Below, in pieces: positions 21,931 to 34,163 of a DNA stretch of 64,000 nt. Location of the stretch: assembly GCA_963823035.1 (NCBI GenBank), contig CAWGKG010000007.1, positions 96,001 through 160,000 of the forward strand, written 5' to 3'. The first letter of the stretch is position 1; every line of letters begins with the position of its first letter. The DNA is from an uncultured Gemmatimonadales bacterium (GTDB lineage: Bacteria > Gemmatimonadota > Gemmatimonadetes > Longimicrobiales > Gaopeijiaceae). A program made the translations under genes and the position numbers. The notes beneath the pieces were generated by a model. It saw only the letters and a program-made list of their open reading frames with translations. It ran no database searches and was not told the DNA's origin.

Positions 21931-22013
21931 GCCGTTTCGGATTCCGTCCTCAGAGCCGGCGGTTGCTCTCGGGGGCCGTTGCGCCCGAGGGTGCCGGCGG
22001 GGTGAGACTCGTG

Positions 22014-22042
22014 AAGCTACCAGGCCCCCGAAGGGGGATCAA
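22014..22042 (-). promoter_or_regulatory. Sigma70-like promoter for sucCD
   Basis: TTGATC-N17-TAGCTT on the minus strand. Confidence 0.5.
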
Positions 22043-24805
22043 CGTCCCGCGCCCCCTGCCGTGCCGGCGAGCTGCTGGAGGAGCGAGCGCAGCTCATCGA
22101 GGGCCGCTCCGAAGCCCTGCCAGTCCCCCTCGCGGAGGCGCGCCTCGGCGCGTCCGAGCAGGTCGAGCGCGGCTTTCGGCCAGGCTCCCCCGCCCGCGGG
22201 CGCGGCTTGCCCAACCTGTCCGCTTGCCGCACCGCCCAGGTCGACGCCCGCGAGCGTGGCGATCGTCCCGGCGAGGCTCTCCTGCATCGAAACACGCCGT
22301 CCGTCGCTCACGACGAACCGACGCAGCTCGGGGATCGCGTCCGCCTCCGCCGCGAGGAACACCGGCTCCATGTAGAGGAGGCGGCCCCCGACGGGGATGA
22401 GGTGGAGGTGGCCCGTCCACACCTCGCTGCCGCCCGTGCGCCAGAGCGAGAACTGCTGCGAGATGATCGGGTCCTGCTCGACGAGCGCCTCGATCTGCCG
22501 GGGCCCGGGAACCTGGTCCTCCACGTGGACGTCGAGGAGCGTCAGGTGCGGTACGCCCGAATCGTCCGTGCGCCCGACCAGCACGCCCGTGAGGTTCTGG
22601 CGCCCGGCCGGCACGAACACCGTGGAGAGGTTGAAGGCGGGCCGGCTCTCCCCCGGGAGCGTCCAGATGCCGTACTCCGGCCGGTAGGCGACCGGGCTGG
22701 TGCCCTGGGCCAACTCGTTGGGGAGCGACCAGACGTCCTGCTGGCCATGGAACGCCGGCGCGGTCTCCTGGTGGTACTGCAGGAGGACGTCCGCCTGGAG
22801 GCTCAGCAGCGCGCTGGGGTAGCGCACGTGGGCCCGGATCTCGGCGGGCATGGCGTCGATCGGCTTGAACAACCCGGGAAGCGCCCGCCCGTAGGCGTCG
22901 GCCAGCGGGTCGCTGACCGGCACGCGGTAGAAGTCCACCTTCCCCGTCACCGCGTCCACGGTGACCTTCACGCTGTTGCGCACGTACGAGACGGAGCGGA
23001 GGGGCGCGAACTGGTGCGCCGACGACAGCGGGAAGGCGCGCGTGGCGGTGAATCCCTCGAGCACCCAGACGATGCGCCCGTCGGCCAGCACGGGATAGGG
23101 CGCCTCGGGGTAGCGCAGGAAGGGCGCGATGGCCTGCACCCTCTCCAGCACGCGCCGCCGGTACACGAAGCGGCTGTCGCGGGTCACCTCGCCGGCGAAG
23201 AGGAGGTTCGCGTCCCGGAACCGCCATGCCAGCGCCGCCTTGCGCAGCCACGAGCTCAGCTCGATGCCGCTTGGAAAGTCGACGCCGGCCACGCCGGCGG
23301 CGCCACCCGGAGCCACGAAGCGATCCGGCGTCGGGTTCACCACGGCATGGAGCTGCGGCCGCGAGCCGAAGAAGACCTCCGGGCGCGTGAGTCGAAGCTG
23401 GGGCAGCGTGGCCACGCGCCCGTTCAACTCCGGGCGGGATCCCCGAGAGGATCATCGGCGGCCGGCCTTCGGGCGTCCGGTCGGAAGCCATGCTCGCGAC
23501 GGCGCCCATCCCGGCGACGTAGCGCTCCCGGAGATGGAGGTTCTGCCAGTTCGGGTCCTGGATGCCCGCCGGGTCGATCTCGCGGACGGACAGGGCGACC
23601 GGGACGAGGCCCCCCGGGGACGCGTAGCGGTCGATCGTCACCTGCGAGAAGTCGTAGTACGGGAACCGCGCCTCCAGCTGGCGATACGCCGTCAGCAGCG
23701 CTCCCTGGCTCCACACGGGCAGCCCCGCGAACTGCTCCGCCGCGTAGGCCCAGTCGACCCCCTCGTCCGCCTGGTACGCGAAGCGGCGCCGCTCCAGCGA
23801 ATCGAGGCCGAAGCCCCGGCGCGTGAACTCCAGGTTGTGCTCGATGTACGGCGTCTCGCGCGCCAGCTCGTTGGGCTCCACCTGGAAGCGCTGGACGAGC
23901 GCGGGATAGAACTGTCCGATCAGGAGCGTGGCCAGCACCGTGGCGGCCGCGGCACCGACCATGAGCCGGCCACGGTTCTTCCACGCGCCCCAGAAGATCA
24001 CCCCACCCGCAGCCACGGAGATGACCGCGAGCGTCTGCATCGCGGGCAGGCGCGCCTGCGCGTCGGCGAAGCCGAAGATCCCCTGCACCTGCGAGGAGCC
24101 GCTCAGGAGGAGGATGGAGCGCCCCAGCCAGAGCCGCCCCGCGAGGAGGAGGAAGAAGACCGCGATCAGCGCCCCGAGGTGGATGCGGGGGAGCTCCTGC
24201 GCCATGACCCTTCCCCGACCCCAGCGCAGCGCGCCGGTGGCCGCGTACCCGGCCGTCGCCAGCGTGAAGAGGAGGAACACGACCACGAGGAGGAAGACGA
24301 TGGCGCTCCGCAGCATCGGCACCCAGAAGACGTAGAACGACACGTCCCTCCCGAGGATCGGCTCGGCGAGCCCCCACGGGACGCGATGCACCAGGAGGAG
24401 GGCCTGCAGCCCCACCGACGACGGGACCGCCGCCCCGAACCAGAGTCCGAGCAGGCAGGCGGCGCCGACCATCGTCCAGAACACGTAGCTGTGCGGCAGT
24501 TGCTCGGAGATCTCCAGGTTGGCGAAGCGGCGCTTGATCTGGATGCCACCCAGCGTGGTCGAGGCGATCTTGAGGTTGAAGTAGACCGCGAGCCCGACCG
24601 CCGCCCCGCCCAGGACGCGCCCGCCCCACTGCCACGCCACCCGACGCCAGAAGACGCCTTCGTAGCCGACGTGCACCTGCCAGAGGACCTCGGTGAAGGC
24701 CGTGGCCCAGAGCCGGCCGAGGGCGAGCAGCAGGCCCGCCACGAGCACCAGCGCGATCAGGAGTCGGCCGCCGCGGAGCGACGCGAGGAAGCCTTTCATC
24801 GACAC
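22039..24805 (-). CDS. UPF0182 family membrane protein (one frameshift near 23430)
   Basis: Multi-TM N-terminus, GRDVSFYVFW, VEPNELARETPYIEHN; C-terminal frame APFLRY..PYPV..GRIVW, YVRNSVKVTVDA, GRLLYMEPVFL. Confidence 0.85.
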
Positions 24806-24809
24806 GCGC

Positions 24810-26181
24810 CTACGGCTCTACGCCCTGGCTCCGGAGCCAGCCCTCCACTTCCGCCGCGGATCTCGTTGAGACGCGCCTGGGTGCGCGCCTCGAAGCGCGC
24901 GACGATCACCGGCTGCGTGTTGGACGAGCGGAGGAGGGCCCACCCGTCCCCGAAGAGGACGCGGACGCCGTCGACGTCGATCACGTCGTAGAGGGATCGG
25001 AAGTGCGCCACCGCGGCTTCGACCACGGTCCACTTCTGCTCCTCCGTGACGTCGATGCGGATCTCGGGCGTCGAGACATACGAGGGGAAGGCGGCCACCC
25101 GTTCGGAGAGCGGCCGGTCCGAGCGCGCCACCAGGTCGATGAACCGGCAGGCGTCGTAGAGGGCGTCGTCGAAGCCGAAGTAGCCGTCGGCGATCATGAT
25201 GTGACCCGACAGCTCGCCGGCCACCAGCGCGCCGATCTCCTTCATCTTCTTCTTGATGAGGGAGTGGCCCGTCTGCCACATCACCGGATCGCCCCCGGCC
25301 GCCTTGAACACCTCGGGAAGCGTCTGGGAGCACTTCACGTCGAAGACGAGCTTCTGCCCGGCTCCGCGCTTCTCGAGGAGGTCGAGGCCGAAGAGCAGGA
25401 GGATGATGTCGCCGCGGATGATGTTGCCGAGCTCGTCCACGACGCCCAGCCGGTCCGCGTCCCCGTCGAAGGCGACACCCAGGTCGTGGGGCTTCGAGCG
25501 CACGGTCGCGATCAGGTCGGCGAGGTTCTCGTCGACGGTCGGATCGGGATGGTGGTTCGGGAAGGTGCCGTCCGACTCGCAGAAGAGAGGCGTCACCTCG
25601 GCCCCCATCGCCTCGAGGAGCGGCACGGCCACCAGGGAGCCCGTCCCGTTCCCCGCGTCCGCGGCGACGCGCATGGGACGAGCCAGCTGGAAGCGGCCCG
25701 CCACGTCGGCCACGTAGCGGTCGAGGACGTCCGCCCGGTCGATGCCGCCGTCTCCGGAGGCCAGGTCCTTCTCCGCGATGCGGCGATAGAGCTCCTGGAT
25801 CTCGTCGCCGTACAGCGCGCCCCGCCCCAGCGACATCTTGATGCCGTTCCACTCGGGGGGGTTGTGCGAGCCCGTGATCTGGACGCCCGCGTCCGTCTCG
25901 AAGACCACCTCCGACCAGTACAGCACGGGCGTCGGCACCGTGCCGACGTCCAGGACGTCCGCGCCGGCGGCGCGCAGCCCGGCGGTGAGCCCCGCGGCGA
26001 GCTCCGGCGACGTCAGTCGGTTGTCGCCCCCCACGGCCACGCGCGGACGCGGCTTGCCCGTCCTGGCGCGCAGGTGCGAGCCGAACGCCCGTCCCACGGC
26101 CTCGGCGACCTCGGCGTCGAGGTCCGTGCCGACGATGCCCCGGATGTCGTACTGGCGAAAGATGTGCTTCGCTGGATTCAT
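24810..26181 (-). CDS. Phosphomannomutase/phosphoglucomutase (probable frameshift near the 3' end, ~24855)
   Basis: IFRQYDIRG, ITGSHNP, FDGDADR, GELSGH, RSSNTQP; alternative frame ends EVEGWLRSQGVEP*. Confidence 0.9.
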
Positions 26182-26185
26182 GAGG

Positions 26186-27722
26186 TCAGGGGCCCATCCC
26201 GAGGAGGCCACCCCCGAGAGCGCCGAGGCCCTGAACCGAGGCGCGGGCGAAGTCCAGTGCCGACGAGGGGAAGATCCCCAGATAGAGGATGAGCGCCACG
26301 CTCGTCAACAGCGCCAACCGCATGGGCAACGGCGCGCGCACCAGGTCGTGCTGACCCACGGTGGCCGATTCACGCATCCACATGAACCATGCCACCCGGA
26401 GGTAGTACCAGTACGACAGCCACCGTGGTGAGCACCAGGATCACCGACAACGTCCACAGCTCGGAATCCGCCGCGCCCTGCAGGAGGTAGATCTTCCCCA
26501 TGAAGCCGCCCGTGCCCGGGAAGCCCGCGAGCGACAGGAGGAAGATCGTCAGGAAGACGCCGAGGACCGGGTTGGACCAGCCGAAGCCGGCGTAGTCCTC
26601 GATCTGCAGCCGCTCCTCACCCTGCTGCGCCACGCTGATGACGATCCCGAAGGCGCCGATGTTCATGAGCGTGTACACGAGCAGGTAGAAGAGCATCCCC
26701 GCCGCGGCGGTCTCGTTGGCGGCGGTGAGCGCGACCAGGAGATAGCCGGCGTGCGCGATGCTCGAGTAGGCGAGCATGCGCTTCACGTTCGACTGCACGA
26801 GCGCCATCAGGTTCGCGCCCACCATGGTGATGGCGGCCAGCCACCACAGGATCGGGTACCACAAGCCGTACACGCCGTCGAACGCGACCAGGAAGACGCG
26901 GAGGAAGGCGACGAACGCCGCCGCCTTCACCGCCGCGGACATGAAGGCGGTGACGGGCGCCGGGGCCCCTTCGTAGACGTCCGGCGTCCACATGTGGAAG
27001 GGCACCGCCGAGACCTTGAAGGCGAAGCCGACCGCCAGCAGCGCCACGCCGACGATGAGCAGCCCTGAGCTCGTGCCGGCCGAGACGCTCGCGCCGATCA
27101 CGGCGACGTTCGTGCTCCCGGTGGCGCCGTATACCAGGGCGATCCCGTAGAGGAAGAAGCCCGTGCTGAACGCGCCGAGGAGGAAGTACTTGAGACCCGC
27201 CTCGGCGGACTTGCGGTCGCGGCGGTTGAAGGCCGTGAGCGCATACACGGAGATCGACATCACCTCGAGGCCGAGGAAGATCACGATCAGGTCGCGGGCG
27301 CCGGCCATGAACATGGCGCCGGCCGTCGCCAACATGATGAGCGCGTAGAACTCGCCCACCTGCAGGTGCTGCCGGTGCACGTACGCGAAGGAGATCAGGA
27401 TCGCGAGCGCCGCCGCCAGCAGGAAGATCCAGTTGGCGAAGAGGCGGAAGGGGTCCAGCGCGATCATCCCGTCGGGGGACGCCTCGTGCACCCCATAGAG
27501 CCACCCGTTGAAGAACGCGGTCACCAGGATGCCCGCGAGCGCGAGCCAGCCGAGCCCGGCGCTCGACCCGAAGCTCGGGTCGCCCTTGTTCGGGTCTTCC
27601 CGGCCCGGGCGGTGGCGTCCGGAGACCCCGGCCACCAGGACGACCATGGCCCAGGCGCAGAGGACGATCTCCGGGAGGAGCGCCCAGAAATAGTGGAGGT
27701 TGCGGCTGAAATCGAGAGTCAT
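26186..27722 (-). CDS. nuoN: NADH-quinone oxidoreductase subunit N (frameshift near 26420)
   Basis: EAGLKYFLLG, FKVSAVPFHMWTPDVYEGAP, KRMLAYSSIAHAGY. Confidence 0.92.
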
Positions 27723-29341
27723 AGCGCTACTCTTCGCCGGCGTCGACCGCGTGCGTCGTCGGCGCCCTTGGTTTCGGTCGTGACGACCCCTTCCGGGGAC
27801 AGCTGCACCGCCTCGGACATCTCCGCCGCCGGGGCGGCCTCCTCCACGCGCTCCAGCACCGCCCGCACGCTGGGCTCCATCCGCGACAGGATCGGCGTGG
27901 GATTCCAGCCGATCACGATCATCAGCGCGCACAGCGGCGCGAGGATCGCCATCTCCCGCCCGGTGAGGTCCTTCATCTCCCGGTTCTCGGGCTTGTCCAG
28001 CTTGTTGAAGAAGACCTTCTGGAACATCGGCAGCATGTAGTACGCCGCGAAGATCACGCCCGTCCCGGCGATGATCGCCATCATGCGGTGGGTCTCGAAC
28101 GCGCCCAGGAGCGCCAGGAACTCACCGATGAAGCCGCTCGTGCCCGGCACGCCGATCGAGGCGAGCGCGGTGATCATGAAGGCCGTGGCGAACAGCGGCG
28201 TCACCCGGCCGATGCCCCCGAACGCAGCGATCTCACGCGTGTGGCGCCGCTCGTACAGCATCCCGAGCAGGAGGAACAGCGCCCCCGTGCTGATGCCGTG
28301 GGAGATCATGACGATGAGCCCGCCCTGCAACCCGTTCACCGTGAGCGCGAACACGCCCAGGATCACGAAGCCCATGTGGGCCACCGAGGTGTACGCGACC
28401 AGCTTCTTCGCGTCCGGTTGTACCGCGGCCACCCACGCCGTGTAGATGATCCCGATGACCGCCAGCGTCATCATGATCGCCACGACCGTCGGATGCTGGG
28501 CCGCGGCCGGGAAGAGCGGGAGGAGGAAGCGGAAGAAGCCGTAGGTGCCCATCTTCAGCAGCACCGCCGCCAGCACCACCGAACCCGGTGTGGGGGCCTC
28601 GACGTGTGCGTCCGGCAGCCAGGTGTGCAGCGGGAAGATCGGGACCTTGACGCTGAACGCGAGCGCGAAGGCGGCGAACAGCCAGAACTGCTCCGAGTGC
28701 GTCAGCGGGAGTTGCAGGAGGTCCGCGTAGGCGAACGTCGGGATCCCGAGCAGCGTCTTCGCCTTGAAGAACAGATAGAGGATCCCCACCAGCATCAGCA
28801 GCGAGCCGAATGCGGTGAAGAGGAAGAACTTGATGGCCGCGTAGATCCGCCGCTCGCCGCCCCACACGCCCACGATGAAGTACATCGGGACGAGGGTCAG
28901 CTCGAAGAAGACGTAGAAGAGGAAGAGGTCGGTCGCGCAGAAGACGCCGACCACGCCCGCCTCGAGGAGGAGCATCAGCGCGTAGAACGCCCGCTCCCGC
29001 TTCTTGATGTAGTTGAAGGAGCCCAGGATCGCGAGCGGCGTCGTGAAGGTGGTGAGCAGCACCATGAACAGGCTGATGCCGTCCACGCCCAGCGAGTAGC
29101 TCACCCCCCAACCGGGGATCCACGGGGTGCTGGTCTCGAGCTGCATCGAGCCCCGGCCGGGCTCGAAGGCCCACCAGAGCCCGAGGCTGAGCACGAACAC
29201 CACGAGCGACAACCAGAACGCCACGTGCTTGGCCCGCTTCTCGTCCGACCAGAGCACCAGGCCCATCGCGAGGATGGGGAGCCAGATGAGGGCGTGGAGC
29301 GCCCAGCCGGCGTAGCCGATCGAATCCACGAATGCGGTCAT
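27719..29341 (-). CDS. nuoM: NADH-quinone oxidoreductase subunit M
   Basis: FYVFFELTLVPMY, PLHTWLPDAHVEAPT, LLKMGTYG. Confidence 0.95.
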   Translation of the reverse strand: MTAFVDSIGYAGWALHALIWLPILAMGLVLWSDEKRAKHVAFWLSLVVFVLSLGLWWAFEPGRGSMQLETSTPWIPGWGVSYSLGVDGISLFMVLLTTFTTPLAILGSFNYIKKRERAFYALMLLLEAGVVGVFCATDLFLFYVFFELTLVPMYFIVGVWGGERRIYAAIKFFLFTAFGSLLMLVGILYLFFKAKTLLGIPTFAYADLLQLPLTHSEQFWLFAAFALAFSVKVPIFPLHTWLPDAHVEAPTPGSVVLAAVLLKMGTYGFFRFLLPLFPAAAQHPTVVAIMMTLAVIGIIYTAWVAAVQPDAKKLVAYTSVAHMGFVILGVFALTVNGLQGGLIVMISHGISTGALFLLLGMLYERRHTREIAAFGGIGRVTPLFATAFMITALASIGVPGTSGFIGEFLALLGAFETHRMMAIIAGTGVIFAAYYMLPMFQKVFFNKLDKPENREMKDLTGREMAILAPLCALMIVIGWNPTPILSRMEPSVRAVLERVEEAAPAAEMSEAVQLSPEGVVTTETKGADDARGRRRRRVAL

Positions 29342-29350
29342 CGTCGGCTC

Positions 29351-31519
29351 CTAGAAGATCACGGCGCCCAGAATGACCAGGACGCCGAGTGTGAGGATGA
29401 AGGCGTAGGTATTCACCGTTCCCGTCTGGAAGAGGGAGCCGAACCACCCCACCCCGCGCGCCAGGTAGCCCACACCGTTCACGGTGCCGTCGATGACGCC
29501 CGCGTCGATCACCCGCCAGCAGAAGCGCGACGCGCGCACGATCGGCTGTACGATGATCGTGTCGTAGATCTCGTCCACGTACCACTTGTTGAACAGCACG
29601 CGTCCGAAGCCGGTCGGCTCCGGTGACGCGTCGGCGGGCACGATCTTCCAGCCGCCGACCACCCGCGCCGCGACGAAGACGATCACGAGCGCGATCACGG
29701 TCGAGATGAGCGCCCACGTCACCTCGCCACCGCCGAAGGGGGCGACCTCGGACAGCTCGCCGAGGTTGGCCTCCTGCACCGCGATCGCGGCCGCGCTGAC
29801 CGGGTGCAGCCACTCGTGCAGCCACTCCGACATCGGCAGCGCGCCGAAGCCGCCCATGAACGACTGCTGGATCCGCTCCGGGACGTTGATCCACCCGCCG
29901 AAGAGCGACAGAGCCGCGAGGATCGAGAGCGGGAGCCACATGACCGCCGGCGCCTCGTGCAGGTGTCGCTCCTCCTCGGCGCCGGTCCGGTTGGTGCCGT
30001 GGAAGGTCATGACCATGAGCCGCGTCATGTAGAAGGCGGTGAGCATGGCCGCGGCCAGCGCGATGATCCAGTAGAGCGTGTACAGCGTCGGGTAGGGCGC
30101 GCGCGCCGCGCCGCCGAACGCCCCCGCCTGCCAGATGATCTCGTCCTTCGAGAAGAAGCCCGCGAAGGGCCACACGCCGGAGATCGCCAGCGTCGCGATC
30201 CACATCACGATCCAGGTGATGGGCATGTGCTTCCGGAGGCCACCCATGTTGCGCATGTCCTGCGCGTCGGCGTGGCTGTGCGTGTGGTGCAGCGCGTGGT
30301 GCATCGAGTGGATGACCGCGCCCGAGCCGAGGAAGAGCAGCGCCTTGAAGAAGGCGTGCGTCATCAGGTGGAAGATGCCCGCCGAGTACGCCCCCACGCC
30401 CACGCCCACGAACATGTAGCCGAGCTGGGAGACGGTGGAGTAGGCCAGCACCTTCTTGATGTCGTACTGCTTGAGCGCGATCGTCGCCGCGAAGAGCGCC
30501 GTGAGCACGCCGATGCCCGCCACCGTGGCGCTCCCCACCGGGGAGAGCGCGAACAGCACGGAGGAGCGGGCCACCATGTACACGCCCGCCGTGACCATCG
30601 TGGCCGCGTGGATCAGGGCGGACACGGGGGTCGGGCCCGCCATGGCGTCCGGGAGCCAGATGTAGAGCGGGATCTGCGCGCTCTTGCCGGTCGCGCCCAG
30701 GAAGAAGAAGAGCGTGACGGCGGTGACCATCGGGCCGGCGTACGCCAGCTGCTCCTGGGCCCCGCCGAAGACCGGCGCGAAGTCGAGCGTGCCGAACACC
30801 GTGTACAGCAGGAACATCGCGACCAGGAAGCCGAAGTCCCCGATGCGGTTGACGATGAACGCCTTCTTGCCCGCGTCCGACTTCTCCTTGTCGCTGAACC
30901 AGAAGCCGATGAGGAGGTAGGAGCAGAGCCCGACGCCCTCCCACCCGACGAACATCAGCGGGTAGCTGGACGCCATCACCAGCGTGAGCATGAAGAAGAC
31001 GAAGAGGTTCAGGTACGCGAAGTACCTGGGGTAGCCCGGATCGTCCTTCATGTAGCCCACGCTGAACACGTGGATCAGGAAGCCCACACCGGACACGACC
31101 AGCATCATGATCATCGACAGCTGGTCGAGCTGGAGCGCCGCCGACACCGAGAAGGTGCCGGTGCTCATCCACGTCCAGTAGTGGATCACCACCGGCTCGT
31201 GCAGCTCCGCGCCGAGCATGCGCACGAAGTTCACGAGCGTGAGCGCGAAGGCCAGGCCGACCACGCCGGGGCCGATCCACGTGGGGAGCGTATGCGTCGC
31301 GGGGCGGCCCGTGGGGCCGTCGAGCTCGAGCTCGCCGCCGGCACGCACCGCGTTCGCGGAACGGCGTGCGTGCGAAAGCGCCAGCAGGCCGTTCAGCACG
31401 AACCCGAGCAGGGGGAGGAGCACCACCAGCCCGGGGAAGAACGGCTCGAAGCCGCCCCCTGCCCCGTGTGCCGCCTCCTGGACGCCCCGAATCAGGAACA
31501 TCGAAAGGGTCGGGTGCAT
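29351..31519 (-). CDS. nuoL: NADH-quinone oxidoreductase subunit L
   Basis: GKSAQIPLYIWLPDAMAGPTPVSALIHAATMV, LAYSTVSQLGYM. Confidence 0.95.
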   Translation of the reverse strand: MHPTLSMFLIRGVQEAAHGAGGGFEPFFPGLVVLLPLLGFVLNGLLALSHARRSANAVRAGGELELDGPTGRPATHTLPTWIGPGVVGLAFALTLVNFVRMLGAELHEPVVIHYWTWMSTGTFSVSAALQLDQLSMIMMLVVSGVGFLIHVFSVGYMKDDPGYPRYFAYLNLFVFFMLTLVMASSYPLMFVGWEGVGLCSYLLIGFWFSDKEKSDAGKKAFIVNRIGDFGFLVAMFLLYTVFGTLDFAPVFGGAQEQLAYAGPMVTAVTLFFFLGATGKSAQIPLYIWLPDAMAGPTPVSALIHAATMVTAGVYMVARSSVLFALSPVGSATVAGIGVLTALFAATIALKQYDIKKVLAYSTVSQLGYMFVGVGVGAYSAGIFHLMTHAFFKALLFLGSGAVIHSMHHALHHTHSHADAQDMRNMGGLRKHMPITWIVMWIATLAISGVWPFAGFFSKDEIIWQAGAFGGAARAPYPTLYTLYWIIALAAAMLTAFYMTRLMVMTFHGTNRTGAEEERHLHEAPAVMWLPLSILAALSLFGGWINVPERIQQSFMGGFGALPMSEWLHEWLHPVSAAAIAVQEANLGELSEVAPFGGGEVTWALISTVIALVIVFVAARVVGGWKIVPADASPEPTGFGRVLFNKWYVDEIYDTIIVQPIVRASRFCWRVIDAGVIDGTVNGVGYLARGVGWFGSLFQTGTVNTYAFILTLGVLVILGAVIF

Positions 31520-31523
31520 GCCC

Positions 31524-31817
31524 TTACCACTTCAACAGGTTGAAGTTGTCCACGTTGACCGTCTCGTAGTGGCGGAAGATCGAGATGATGATCGCCAGCC
31601 CGACGGCGGCCTCCGCGGCCGCCACGGTCATCACGAAGAACACGAAGACCTGCCCGTCGATGCCCCACAGCCGCGACAGCGCGACGAACGCCAGGTTCAC
31701 CGCGTTCAGCTGCAGCTCGATGCACAGGAACATGATGATCGCGTTGCGCCGGACGAGGACGCCGAACGTCCCGATCACGAAGAGGATGGCGCTCAGGATC
31801 ATGGACTCCGAGATCAT
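31524..31817 (-). CDS. nuoK: NADH-quinone oxidoreductase subunit K
   Basis: [30 protein letters not shown]. Confidence 0.95.
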   Translation of the reverse strand: MISESMILSAILFVIGTFGVLVRRNAIIMFLCIELQLNAVNLAFVALSRLWGIDGQVFVFFVMTVAAAEAAVGLAIIISIFRHYETVNVDNFNLLKW

Positions 31818-32341
31818 GGCCGAACCCTCCGCTTCGCGAGGACCAGGGCGCCTACGATCGCCACCAGCAACAGAATGCCCGTGATCTCGAAGGGAACCAC
31901 GTAGGTCGTGAAGAGCGGCTGGGCGATCGCACCGACCGCGCCATATTCGCGGATGGCCGCATCGATGTCCCTACCCCCGGTCATGGACGCCGCGTCGAGT
32001 GCCCCCGTCGCCTTGAACTGGAGCGAGAGGAATCCGGCCATGGCGCCGACGACCACGAAGGCCACGATCCGGAACACGCCCCCCTTGAGGTCCTGCACGT
32101 AGTCGTGCCCCAGGTTCAGGAGCATGATCACGAAGAGGAAGAGCACCATGATGGCGCCGGCGTAGACGATCACCTGGACGGCGGCCAGGAAGTGGGCCTC
32201 CAACAACACGAAGACCCCGGCGATGCTCGCCAGGGTCACCACCATGAAGAGGAGGCTCGCCACCGGGCTCTTGGACATCGCGACGCCGAAGGCGCCTCCG
32301 ATGGCCACCGCGGCGAAGACGTAGAAGAGGATGTCGATCAT
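31814..32341 (-). CDS. nuoJ: NADH-quinone oxidoreductase subunit J
   Basis: [37 protein letters not shown]. Confidence 0.95.
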   Translation of the reverse strand: MIDILFYVFAAVAIGGAFGVAMSKSPVASLLFMVVTLASIAGVFVLLEAHFLAAVQVIVYAGAIMVLFLFVIMLLNLGHDYVQDLKGGVFRIVAFVVVGAMAGFLSLQFKATGALDAASMTGGRDIDAAIREYGAVGAIAQPLFTTYVVPFEITGILLLVAIVGALVLAKRRVRP

Positions 32342-32354
32342 GGGGAAAGCCGCA

Positions 32355-32855
32355 TCATTCTGATCTGGGATCCGACGGATCCCACAGATGGGTCACGGGG
32401 TGGTCCTGCTCCATGAGGCGATCGAGGTCGTAGACGAATCGCGATCGCGTGTACTCGGCGTTCTCGAAGTGCTGCCCCACGTGGATGGCCTCCACCGGGC
32501 AGACCTCCTGGCACATCCCGCAGAAGACGCACCGGAACTCGTCGATCTCGTAGACCACGGGATAGCGATTCCCCTGGTCGTCCTCACCGCCCACCAGGCG
32601 GATGCAGTTGGCCGGGCAGACCGTCGGGCACAGGCCGCAGGCGACGCATTTCGGGCGTCCGTCCGCGTGCACCTCCATGCGGTGCGTGCCCCGCCAGCGC
32701 GGGTGGAGGTCCGTCTGCTCCTCGGGATACTGCTGCGTCACCTTGACCGGATTCACCATGTGCCGGAAGGTGAGCGCCATCCCGCTGAGCGCCGCCCGGA
32801 GGTACGACGTCTTGTCCGGGTCCGGACGGCTCAGGACTTTGACGGTGATCGGCAT
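32355..32855 (-). CDS. nuoI: NADH-quinone oxidoreductase subunit I
   Basis: CVACGLCPTVCP and CVFCGMCQEVCP; start MPITVKV at 32855. Confidence 0.95.
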   Translation of the reverse strand: MPITVKVLSRPDPDKTSYLRAALSGMALTFRHMVNPVKVTQQYPEEQTDLHPRWRGTHRMEVHADGRPKCVACGLCPTVCPANCIRLVGGEDDQGNRYPVVYEIDEFRCVFCGMCQEVCPVEAIHVGQHFENAEYTRSRFVYDLDRLMEQDHPVTHLWDPSDPRSE

Positions 32856-32863
32856 GCCGCTCC

Positions 32864-34159
32864 TCAGTCTGCGGCCGGCGCGGACGCCGGCCGGGAAACA
32901 CTCTTGATCTCGATGCGCTGGCCACGCAGCGCCCCGGCGCCCGTGATCGTGCGCCCGCGGTCGATGAAGAACATGAAGGCGACGGTGCAGATCAGGCTCA
33001 CCGCCGTGAGCGCGAGCCCGAATCCGAGGCCGTAGGGGACGCCCAGCTCGTCCAGCACCAGGATGGTCCCGGCCACCACCATCAGGTAGGCCAGCGCGGT
33101 GGGGAGCATGACCTTCCACCCGAGCGACATCACCTGGTCGTAGCGGAAGCGCGGAAGCGTCCACCGGACCCAGATGTAGACCAGGACGAAGAAGAGCGTC
33201 TTCGCGGCGAAGACGGCGAAGGTGAGCAGGGTCTTCCACACCGCCGGATGCGCCAGGATCGGCGTGCCGTCGCCGGCGAAGCCGCCGATGAGCTGCCCCT
33301 GGAACCAGAAGGCGTCGTCGCCGCTCCAGAACGGGATGTCCCACCCGCCGAAGAAGAGGGTGGCCATGAGCGCCGACGTCATCACCATGTGGGCGAACTC
33401 GGCGATCATGAACATCGAGAACTTCATGGCCGAGTACTCGGTGTGGTACCCGGTGATCAGCTCCGATTCCGCCTCCGGCATGTCGAAGGGCAGCCGGTTG
33501 CATTCGGCGAAGGCCGACGTCACGAAGAAGATGAACGCGAGCGACAGCGGCAGCGCGAACCAGACGTCGAGCTGCTGCTGCTGCCACACGACCTGCGTCA
33601 GCGTCACGTTCCCCGCGAGCATCATCACCGCGACGACCGACAGGCCGAGCGCGACCTCGTAGCTGACCATCTGGGCCGAGGCGCGCAGCCCGCCGAGGAA
33701 GGCGTACTTGTTGTTCGACGCCCACCCGCCGAGCACCAGCCCGTACACGCCCAGCGAGCTGATCGCCAGGATGTAGAGGATGCCGATCGGGAGGTCGGCG
33801 ATCATCATGTCGACGACGCCCCAGGGCGTCGGGAGGGGGGCGGCGACCGGAATCACCGCGAAGGTGACCAGCGCCGGCGCGGTCGCGATCACGGGGCCGA
33901 GGATGAAGTAGAGCTTCGCCGAGTTGGCCGGCAGCGTCTCTTCCTTCAGGAAGTTCTTGATGCCGTCCGCGATGGGCTGCAGCAGTCCGAACGGTCCCAC
34001 GCGGTTCGGCCCCCTGCGGTCCTGGATCCACGCCGCCACGCGGCGTTCGGCCAGCGTCGCCCAGGCGACCACGACCATGAAGACGCCGAAGATCGCGAGG
34101 ACCTTCAGGATCATGGCGAGGATCCCGGGCAGGCCGGTGATCGGGTGAAGGGCTTCCAT
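32864..34159 (-). CDS. nuoH: NADH-quinone oxidoreductase subunit H
   Basis: QDRRGPNRVGPFGLLQPIADGIK, NRLPFDMPEAESEL, RWTLPRFRYDQ. Confidence 0.95.
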   Translation of the reverse strand: MEALHPITGLPGILAMILKVLAIFGVFMVVVAWATLAERRVAAWIQDRRGPNRVGPFGLLQPIADGIKNFLKEETLPANSAKLYFILGPVIATAPALVTFAVIPVAAPLPTPWGVVDMMIADLPIGILYILAISSLGVYGLVLGGWASNNKYAFLGGLRASAQMVSYEVALGLSVVAVMMLAGNVTLTQVVWQQQQLDVWFALPLSLAFIFFVTSAFAECNRLPFDMPEAESELITGYHTEYSAMKFSMFMIAEFAHMVMTSALMATLFFGGWDIPFWSGDDAFWFQGQLIGGFAGDGTPILAHPAVWKTLLTFAVFAAKTLFFVLVYIWVRWTLPRFRYDQVMSLGWKVMLPTALAYLMVVAGTILVLDELGVPYGLGFGLALTAVSLICTVAFMFFIDRGRTITGAGALRGQRIEIKSVSRPASAPAAD

Positions 34160-34163
34160 CCGG

